A stretch of 64,000 bases of DNA from Bacillota bacterium (GTDB lineage Bacteria > Bacillota > Clostridia > Christensenellales > SZUA-584): assembly GCA_023410595.1 (NCBI GenBank), contig JAEYPO010000038.1, positions 18,220 to 82,219 of the forward strand, given 5' to 3'. The notes under the pieces were generated by a model that worked only from the letters and a program-made list of their open reading frames with translations, was not told the origin of the DNA and searched no databases. Positions 57,173 to 64,000 of the stretch are shown in pieces. Within the stretch, counting starts at the first letter, position 1. Every line of letters starts with the position of its first letter. The translations under genes were made by a program, and so were the position numbers.

Positions 57173-58981
57173 TCAATTGAAGTCTACGGGTATCTCGTTT
57201 TTAACGTAATGCTGGTTAGACGTTCGCTTACCGTCATGATCGCCGTAGTCAACAAGCCAATATGTAGACCACTTGGGCGAAGCGACGGAAAACGTCGTGC
57301 AAAGCGACTGGACATCGGACTGAAGCTGCGCTATAACAGCCTGAAAGTTTTTATTGGACGACTTGGTGGCGCCCGAAGTATCCCAGTTCACTATCTGTGA
57401 ATAACCGCTTTCCGCTCTGTTATAAAGTGCCCACATGTCGCCGTCGGCGGGGTATTTTCTGTAGCCGTCGCTCGGCACCGGCGTAGGCGCAGGCAGCGCC
57501 GGGTCGACTGGAACCGTGGGGTCTTGAGCAGGCGCGGCGGGGTAAGGGGGAAGCGCCGCGTCGGCGTCGAGTATGGGCCTTATCTGATCAAGCAAAGGCC
57601 TTGCCTTTTCACCCGTAACCTCGATCTGCATCTTTTCCCAAAGCCCAAGCGCATACTTCATTGTATAATGCTTATAGGACGGCACGTTTATTCCGTATTT
57701 TGACTCCAGGGCTGTTACATCCCCGCTGTTCGAAATATCGAAGCCGTACACGTCTTTTATTATCTGTTCGCGTTTATTCTGATCGGTTATTACAAAATTC
57801 CAGTTGAAAAGGCGATAGCAGTATGAACCGTCCATAGAATACAGCTTTATTTTGTCGGTATCGACGCCGTACGCGTATGCCGCCAGCGCGCCCGTGCTCG
57901 CGAGATCGACGTTTGTCTGAAGGTTGCCGGTGAACGCGCCGATTATATCGGGTATCTTGAAGATAAGCCCCGTATCCTTGAGCTTTTGCAGTATGGCGAT
58001 GAGCATATCCTTTTGGCGGTTTATGCGGTTAAGGTCTCCTGAATCGTCCCCAAGGTCCTTGCGTACGCGAAGGTAATCGAGCACGGCCTGTCCGTTCATA
58101 TGCTGCATGCCAGCTTTGTAGGAGCGGCCCTGCATTTTAAAATCGACGTCTATATTAAAGTCCACGCCGTCAATGGCGTCAACAAGGCCCTTTACCGCGG
58201 ACATATCCACCGCGTAATAATACTGTATGGGTATGTTGCCTATCATCCACGAAGCCGCCTCGCAGACCTTTTTGCAGCCTTCCTGCGGATTGTTCTTCCA
58301 GCCGCCGCCGCAGTCCATCGAAGCGTTAAGCTTGTATATCCCGTCGACGCCGGGTATTTCGGCGTACGTATCACGCGGCAGTGAAATGAGGTTCACGCTG
58401 CCGGTCTCCTTGTTTATTGCCAGTATTATCATTACGTCCGAATGGAAATATTTCTTGCCTCTCCAGTCGTCGCGCTCGGGCGCGTAATCCACGCCGATAA
58501 GCAGTATATTCACCGTTTGCTCAAGTATGGTGAAATCGCTTTTGCTTATAAGCTCGCCGTACGGATCAAGAGTAGGCGTTGGCGTGGTCGTACTGTCTGC
58601 CGGCTGTGAAGCGGAGGAGGAGGGCGCATGAGTCACCTGCTGATCTATTGTCTTAAACCTGCCCATGGGATCTATAAGTATAGACGCCAAAAACACTCCG
58701 ACGCCCAGCAGCGCGGCTCCCAGTACGCTGACTACGGTTACGATTATCTTTTTCTTTAAGCTCCATGGCTTCTTTTTATCTGCCGACATCCATTTTTTTG
58801 ATTTGGGTGACGGCTTATCCCCGGAGTCTTGCGTATCGTCCTTTAGCGCCTGTGCCGGACTCTCTTCCAGACCGCTTTCAGATTCCTGTGAAGCGTCTTC
58901 ATACGGGTCGCTTTTTGCGGATGCGATATCTTCCTCCGGGCTGTTGCCCGCCTTTTCAGGCTTTTTGAACCACTTTTTCAT
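57173..58981 (-). CDS. LCP family phosphotransferase, paralog 2
   Basis: Same length (602 aa) and architecture as paralog 1. The core is identical at most positions by eye, and the N-terminal tail is divergent. Confidence 0.85.
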   Translation of the reverse strand: MKKWFKKPEKAGNSPEEDIASAKSDPYEDASQESESGLEESPAQALKDDTQDSGDKPSPKSKKWMSADKKKPWSLKKKIIVTVVSVLGAALLGVGVFLASILIDPMGRFKTIDQQVTHAPSSSASQPADSTTTPTPTLDPYGELISKSDFTILEQTVNILLIGVDYAPERDDWRGKKYFHSDVMIILAINKETGSVNLISLPRDTYAEIPGVDGIYKLNASMDCGGGWKNNPQEGCKKVCEAASWMIGNIPIQYYYAVDMSAVKGLVDAIDGVDFNIDVDFKMQGRSYKAGMQHMNGQAVLDYLRVRKDLGDDSGDLNRINRQKDMLIAILQKLKDTGLIFKIPDIIGAFTGNLQTNVDLASTGALAAYAYGVDTDKIKLYSMDGSYCYRLFNWNFVITDQNKREQIIKDVYGFDISNSGDVTALESKYGINVPSYKHYTMKYALGLWEKMQIEVTGEKARPLLDQIRPILDADAALPPYPAAPAQDPTVPVDPALPAPTPVPSDGYRKYPADGDMWALYNRAESGYSQIVNWDTSGATKSSNKNFQAVIAQLQSDVQSLCTTFSVASPKWSTYWLVDYGDHDGKRTSNQHYVKNEIPVDFN

Positions 58982-59071
58982 TTACTGTGCTGCTCCTGTA
59001 GTATTGTTTATAACTTTACGTCATTACGTTTAGACTTGCCAGCTCCCCGATTTGTTCCATCGCAATGAAAA

Positions 59072-59104
59072 CTACACCGGCAAGCCTCGCGACTTGGCCG
59101 TCGC
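59072..59104 (-). repeat. Short GNRA-hairpin repeat unit (reverse orientation, GCGA loop)
   Basis: The reverse complement reads GCGACGGCCAAGTCGCGAGGCTTGCCGGTGTAG, matching the 3' two-thirds of the 59-nt units at 47402..47519. Confidence 0.8.
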
Positions 59105-59174
59105 TAAAAAACCGGAAAACGTAAAAGCGCGGTTTACTGATTGGCACAAACAGCTTAGCTGGCTGTAAAGGCGG

Positions 59175-60905
59175 CTACCTGAAATCTATGTAGACTTCGT
59201 TGCTGTACCACTTGTCGCCCGGCTTTTCAAAATTCACATCCCAGAAACTGGACCATTTTGCGACCTTGGTAACGGCGAACATATCGTTAAGCGTCTGGAT
59301 GTTGATTTTAAGCTGTTCGTTATTCGCGTGCAGCGCGGTCCAGTTTGCCTCCGAGTTATCGTCGAAGTTCCAGCCGGAAATCTGCGCAAATAAGTTTTCC
59401 GAGCTTAAGTATATGTTCCACACATCTCCATCAGCCGGGTACCTCCTGTAACCGTCGCTGGGCACGGGAGTCGGCGAAGGCAAAGCCGGATCGACAGGAA
59501 CATTGGGGTCAACAGGAACCGGAGTGGGATACGGGGGAAGCTGTGCGTCGGTGTCGAGTAATACCTTTATCTGATCCAGTACCGGCCTCGATTTTTCCAG
59601 TATCACGTCGGCTTCCATATGCTCTCCGAGCATTGCGCCTGAGTTGTAAGACAATTCTTTATACTGACGCACATCGAAAAGATTTACCATCTCTTCGCCG
59701 TATATTTGCTTAATAAGATCGACGCGAGCCTTCTGGTCAGTGAACACGAAGTTCCAGCTGAGCACGTTTGCCGATCTGCCCGACATCGAATGCATGCTTA
59801 TGTTTGCGCTGTCTATTTTATACGCGTACGCCGCGAACCCGGCCGTCTGGGCGATAGGCACGTTTGTTTTTACCTTGTCGCCAAGCGTGCTGAATATATC
59901 CGGTATAGTATTCATTAGCCCTGTTTGCTTGAGCTTATCAAATATGGCAAGCAGCATTTTACGCTGGCGCTGTACGCGATTAAGGTCCCCTGTTTGGCCC
60001 TTAGGCTGGAAAATGTCCGCCGGCTTGCGTACGCGCAGGTAATCGAGCACCGCCTGACCGTCCATATGCTGCATTCCCATCTCATAACGGCGGTCGACCA
60101 TCCTAAACGAAATATCGCAATCATAGTCAACGCCGCCGATAGCATCCACGAGCTCCTTTACCGCCGACATATCGACCGCATAGTAATACTTTACGGGTAT
60201 GCCGCCGAGCATATACGACGCGGATTCACACACCTTTTCAAACCCGGACGCGTTAGGCCAGCCGCCTCCCAGATCTATAGAAGCGTTAAGCTTATATATT
60301 CCTTTAACGCCGGGTATATTGGCGTACGTGTCGCGCGGCAGCGATATAAGGTTGACTGCGTTAGTATTGGTGTTTATAGCGAGCACTATCATTACGTCCG
60401 AATGGTACGCCTGCTTGCCTCCCTGCTTGGCCCATTCATCCGTATCCCGCTCCGGCGAATGGTCAACGCCTATCAGCATAACGTTGACTATGTCTTCCAG
60501 CATGGAGAAATCGCTCATGTTCATAAGCTTTTCATAAGGGCTCAGCGTTGCTGTAGGGGTAGGAACGATTTGGCCGTCAGATATCTGCGGCGTCGCTGCG
60601 TTTGACGGTGGGGGAGTGATCTGCTCCACAACAGATTGAAATCCGCCCAAAGGGTCCGCCAATATGGTTATTATAAATACCCCGAGCCCTAAGAGTACCG
60701 CGCAAAGTACGCTTACGCAAGCTACGATGATCTTCTTCTTACGGCTCCAGGGCTTTTTCCTGTCTATCATCATCCACTTTTTGGACTTTTGCTCATTTCC
60801 GCCGCTGCGCGGATTGGAGGATGACGCATGTCCTCTTTCATTGGGACCTGAGAGGCCGTAAGGGTCTCTGCTCTTTCCGCCTGGTTTATTATTTCTTTTG
60901 TCCAT
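59175..60905 (-). CDS. LCP family phosphotransferase, paralog 3 (most divergent)
   Basis: NVMLIGVDH...HSDVMIVLAIN...VNLISLPRDTYANIPGVKGIYKLN; shares the VPSDGYRRYPADGD... C-terminal module. Start at the ATG behind AGGGGTG. Confidence 0.85.
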   Translation of the reverse strand: MDKRNNKPGGKSRDPYGLSGPNERGHASSSNPRSGGNEQKSKKWMMIDRKKPWSRKKKIIVACVSVLCAVLLGLGVFIITILADPLGGFQSVVEQITPPPSNAATPQISDGQIVPTPTATLSPYEKLMNMSDFSMLEDIVNVMLIGVDHSPERDTDEWAKQGGKQAYHSDVMIVLAINTNTNAVNLISLPRDTYANIPGVKGIYKLNASIDLGGGWPNASGFEKVCESASYMLGGIPVKYYYAVDMSAVKELVDAIGGVDYDCDISFRMVDRRYEMGMQHMDGQAVLDYLRVRKPADIFQPKGQTGDLNRVQRQRKMLLAIFDKLKQTGLMNTIPDIFSTLGDKVKTNVPIAQTAGFAAYAYKIDSANISMHSMSGRSANVLSWNFVFTDQKARVDLIKQIYGEEMVNLFDVRQYKELSYNSGAMLGEHMEADVILEKSRPVLDQIKVLLDTDAQLPPYPTPVPVDPNVPVDPALPSPTPVPSDGYRRYPADGDVWNIYLSSENLFAQISGWNFDDNSEANWTALHANNEQLKINIQTLNDMFAVTKVAKWSSFWDVNFEKPGDKWYSNEVYIDFR

Positions 60906-61085
60906 TGCCACACCCCTAAAATTAAGACGCAGGTTTATATCCTGTCTCTATATGGTTTAATATTAAAAGGCTTATGGTATATAAGCATATTTTTCCTCAA
61001 TTATAATTAGCATAACATAAACCTGCATGCAAGTAAAATTAAAAAAGTTTACAAAACTATAATTAATAGTTAAGAGTATATTAAT

Positions 61086-61143
61086 ACGGGGTGTGAATAC
61101 GGGGTCCTTAATAAATCCAAAGGCTTTATGCGGTGCAAATTTA
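61086..61143 (+). repeat. Degenerate GNRA-hairpin-family repeat unit(s)
   Basis: ACGGGGTGTGAATACGGGGTCCTTAATAAATCCAAAGGCTTTATGCGGTGCAAATTT contains the ACGGGGT, GGGGTGTGAAT and GGCTTTATG modules of the family. Confidence 0.65.
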
Positions 61144-61434
61144 TACTTCACCATATAAAACCAAAGGCTTTAAGTTGCCTGCCTAGCTTTTACGTGATAT
61201 AATTCCTTAAACAAGTCTATTACGCCGTCGGCATTGTTAAGGTGGTTCGGTGCTCCAAAATCCGGGATTGGGGCGAAGACTCGTTAAGCCGCTAAAGGTA
61301 ACTCCTGCTTAAGGCTTTATGAGTGCTTCTAATCATGATTCAAAAACCGGAATTGCTTCGGGGTACTTAATTCTGAAGCGGCTCGGGTTTTGAACAATTG
61401 ATAACCGGACAAAAAAATCAAAACGAGGGTTCCG

Positions 61435-62553
61435 ATGGCAGTATCCAGGAAAAGAAAAAAGGTAAGCGCAACAAGAAGATTAATAATTGTGATAGTAAAA
61501 CGCCTGATGCTTGTTAAACGCCGCCCATGGATCATCATATTCAGCGCGGCGGCGATAGCTATAGCGGCCATAATACTAGCTTCGGTACTGGGCTCAGCAC
61601 CGCCTGTACGTCAGGCAAGCGCCCTTGATTTGCCTGCCGAAACGCTGGCGCCTACGCCTGTTCCCACTCTGGCGCCTACGCCTATACCCACTACGACGCC
61701 TACGCCCGACCAGACGCTTAAGCGCGGCGACGAGAACGAGCGCGTACAGCATCTGCAGCAGCGCCTAATGGATCTTGGGTATTTCGACCAGGATGAAACG
61801 ACGCAGCTCTTCGGCCCTTATACCGAGAGCGCCGTTAAGCTTTTTCAGCGTCAGCACGAACTTGAGCAGACGGGCGTAGCAGATCAGGAAACGCTCGACT
61901 GGATAAACTCGGACGACGCAAAAAAGTACACGCTTCTTGAAGGCACAAAGGGCGACGACGTAAACGACCTGCAAAGAAAACTTATTGAGCTTGGATATAT
62001 AAAGAAAGAGACGGGCTACTACGGAACTGAGACCGTCGAAGCGATCAAAGCGTTCCAGAAGCGCAACGGGCTTTCACAGGACGGCAAGGCGGGCGAGCAT
62101 ACGCTGGACGTAATATATTCGCCTAACGCGAAGGCAAGCCCGGAGAAAGTTCAGGAACAGCGCCGAAAAGCCAATATAAGCGAAATGCTTAAGGCGGCGG
62201 AAAAGCAGCTCGGAGACCCGTATGTATCGGGAAAAGAAGGACCGAATTCGTTTGACTGCTCGGGGCTCGTATGTTATTGCCTGAGGCAGGCGGGATCTAA
62301 CCGCGGTAGATATAACGCGCAAGGATACGCGAACGTTACCGAGTGGAAAAAAATCGAATCTATGAGCGATCTCCAGAAAGGCGATTTGATGTTCTTCTGG
62401 AGCGATACCAAGCGCAAAATAGGACATGTCGCCATATATATCGGAAACGGCATGGTGATAGACGCGTCCTCCTCCAACGGAAAGGTCGTAAAGCGCTCTT
62501 GCACCACACCGTGGTTTAAGAAATACTTCAGATACGCGAGGCGTCCCTGGTAA
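61435..62553 (+). CDS. Peptidoglycan-binding (PG_binding_1 x2) NlpC/P60 family endopeptidase
   Basis: TM anchor and Pro/Thr linker. Two LQ..L..LGY......Y(G).T..A(V/I)K.FQ... repeats. C-terminal C40 domain (GKEGPNSFDCSGLV..., GHVAIYIGNG). Confidence 0.85.
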   Translation: MAVSRKRKKVSATRRLIIVIVKRLMLVKRRPWIIIFSAAAIAIAAIILASVLGSAPPVRQASALDLPAETLAPTPVPTLAPTPIPTTTPTPDQTLKRGDENERVQHLQQRLMDLGYFDQDETTQLFGPYTESAVKLFQRQHELEQTGVADQETLDWINSDDAKKYTLLEGTKGDDVNDLQRKLIELGYIKKETGYYGTETVEAIKAFQKRNGLSQDGKAGEHTLDVIYSPNAKASPEKVQEQRRKANISEMLKAAEKQLGDPYVSGKEGPNSFDCSGLVCYCLRQAGSNRGRYNAQGYANVTEWKKIESMSDLQKGDLMFFWSDTKRKIGHVAIYIGNGMVIDASSSNGKVVKRSCTTPWFKKYFRYARRPW

Positions 62554-63253
62554 AGCGGGCAAAGCCGAGCGGAGCTTTTAAGAATCAGAGAACTGCGCCT
62601 GCGCGAAGCGAAACCGCTTGCGGCATTAAGCTGGGCGCGCTCTGGTTTATATCGTACTGCAAACAAGATATTACAAAGCGGAATTGAATATTACAATATT
62701 ATATTTAATAGTTACAATAAAATGTATTCAAGCGGGTGGCTTTATTGAATACTCTGCATGAATCGGCATTAAAAGCAGCCGGCATTTACGGAAAAACGTG
62801 CCGGGTTAATTGCCGCATAATAGATTCGTTTCAGCCTGACGGCCTGCTTAAAGGGCAAGCTTTTGCAGCATTTGCGCGAACGAGCAGGTTAAAAGAAGCA
62901 GGGAATTAAAGTGCGGGAACATCCACCGGGACGGGTAGTTTCAGGCGGAGGAGTGGGGCGGCAAATATGAGTATCTTTGCCCCGCGGTTCTCGCGTTTGT
63001 CTGTGCGCCGCTTGAAGACGCAAAGCCTCCGTACGGGCTCCTTGCCGGGCCTTTTTTGATGGTTGAATTAAGCGACTTTCTGGAGGAGGACCTCGAAAGG
63101 CTCTTTGCCGGGGAAACGCCGAAGAAACTTTTAGCAAAGGCCGCGGCGCTGCCTTACTTCTACAGCGGAAGGGCTTATAGGAAACGCCGCGGGCACGGAC
63201 GCCATAATGGCGCTTCTTGGCGACGAGTATAAACACATATGCGAATAGATAGA

Positions 63254-63299
63254 AAAGACCGGGCGGCATGTCGAGCTCGGCAGCCCCCCGGTCTTTTTT
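63254..63299. terminator. Bidirectional terminator-like hairpin
   Basis: AAAAGACCGGG...CCCGGTCTTTTTT between the gene-poor gap and the convergent PASTA-domain gene. Confidence 0.6.
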
Positions 63300-63341
63300 G
63301 AACGTTATATAGCAAACATGTATTTTAAGAGCTAAAGTCCG

Positions 63342-64000
63342 TTACGGCGACGGCGGCTGCGGGCATATATTCAGTGTTATTGCAGTGCCCGCGGGTACTG
63401 TCGTCCCAGCTATCAAAGATTGCGCGACTACCGTACCTTCTTTTCCTGTGATATACGTTTCGTTATCCGCGAACGTAATAGTAAGCAAGTTACCGTATGC
63501 AGCCATCGCGGCACCTTTTGTAAGCCCGGGGCTGGCGTTAACAAAGTCGGGCACAGTAACCGTGGACACAGGCACGAATTTGAGATTCACGGACGTACCG
63601 TCCGAGATCTCCGAACCCGCCGCTATGCTTTGGAACCACACTTCGCCGGGCAGCCTTCCCGCACAGCCCTCCGGCACCAATACCGGAACAATACCGGCCG
63701 CGTCGCACATCGCTATAGCCTCTTCGCGGGTTATGGCCGTATCGTAGCCCCTCGTCGCGGAGACTGTGTCGTCCACGAAATCGGGCACATATATTATCTT
63801 GCCGAGCGATACGGTGATGTTTATCGTCTTCTTGACGCCTATCATCGTGTTCGCCACGTCCTGATATATTATAGTGCCCTTGGCGGAGCTGCTTTGCGTC
63901 GTCGTGACCTTTATGGTTATCTTGGCGCCCTTGGTGTTAAGATCGTTTGCCCAGCTTTCTATAGCGTCCCTTGTCTGGCCAACGTATGAGGCCAGCTGTA
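63342..64000 (-). CDS. PASTA-repeat protein, C-terminal part (gene continues past the right edge; PrkC-like kinase or PBP)
   Basis: The frame stays open to position 64000. It contains at least three VPDF-type PASTA-like units (e.g. VPDFVDDTVS...GEVWFQSIAAGSEISDGTSVNLKF). Confidence 0.5.
   Translation of the reverse strand, partial: QLASYVGQTRDAIESWANDLNTKGAKITIKVTTTQSSSAKGTIIYQDVANTMIGVKKTINITVSLGKIIYVPDFVDDTVSATRGYDTAITREEAIAMCDAAGIVPVLVPEGCAGRLPGEVWFQSIAAGSEISDGTSVNLKFVPVSTVTVPDFVNASPGLTKGAAMAAYGNLLTITFADNETYITGKEGTVVAQSLIAGTTVPAGTAITLNICPQPPSP

Noticed and set aside
59925-60605. 226-aa plus-strand ORF inside LCP paralog 3 (similar shadows at 58100..58487 and 56211..56423)
   Set aside because: It is antisense to the LCP genes. 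The same shadow recurs in each paralog, as expected from their sequence similarity.
61160-61434. c-di-AMP (ydaO) riboswitch upstream of the NlpC/P60 gene, a common context for it
   Set aside because: I could not find the conserved CAGCTAACCTCGTAAGC-like or GGGGACCCA segments. Only generic hairpins are present.
62990-63058. c-di-GMP-I (GEMM) riboswitch, prompted by an exact GACGCAAAGCCTCC string and an upstream GGCAAA
   Set aside because: The spacing between the two conserved boxes is much longer than I recall for GEMM-I. The GGCAAA is sequestered in its own hairpin, and I could not draw the P3 helix or the 3' AGC(C/G)GGG(T/C)T(A/G)CC segment. I leave this as something for cmsearch to settle.
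62889-63269. 126-aa minus-strand ORF in the gene-poor gap
   Set aside because: It is an Arg/Pro-rich low-complexity translation, runs through the terminator-like hairpins, and has no RBS.

Overview
The window looks like core chromosome of a spore-forming Firmicute (Clostridia-like, mid-50s % GC by eye), densely coded on both strands. Confidently recognised blocks are listed here. (1) rplK(start)-nusG-secE-rpmG. (2) A complete F-type ATP synthase operon (atpI-like, B, E, F, fused delta'-alpha, G, D, C). (3) A Cof hydrolase-hprK-glucokinase-binding protein operon. (4) A ParE/ParC-like type IIA topoisomerase pair. (5) groES-groEL behind a perfect CIRCE operator. (6) The sporulation/housekeeping run NodB-like-M16 peptidase-dUTPase-like-dpaA-dpaB-tepA-ftsK/spoIIIE-rimO-pgsA-recA. 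(7) Three tandem LCP (LytR-CpsA-Psr) paralogs, then a PG-binding NlpC/P60 hydrolase and a PASTA-domain protein running off the right edge. I saw no rRNA, tRNA, CRISPR array, transposase, integrase, phage genes or recognisable defence genes. The items I consider most worth a second look: the ATP synthase has no free delta subunit, and only the delta C-terminal domain is present, fused to alpha. Three loci carry an intergenic insert bracketed by a duplicated copy of the local terminator hairpin, and two of the inserts are near-identical 208-nt inverted copies. A short GNRA-hairpin repeat family shows compensatory stem changes, with four tandem units just upstream of dpaA. The three LCP paralogs share an unassigned C-terminal domain. 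There are also several tightly coupled operons of unknown function and compositional mosaics. All family calls come from reading motifs and synteny by eye; no searches were run.
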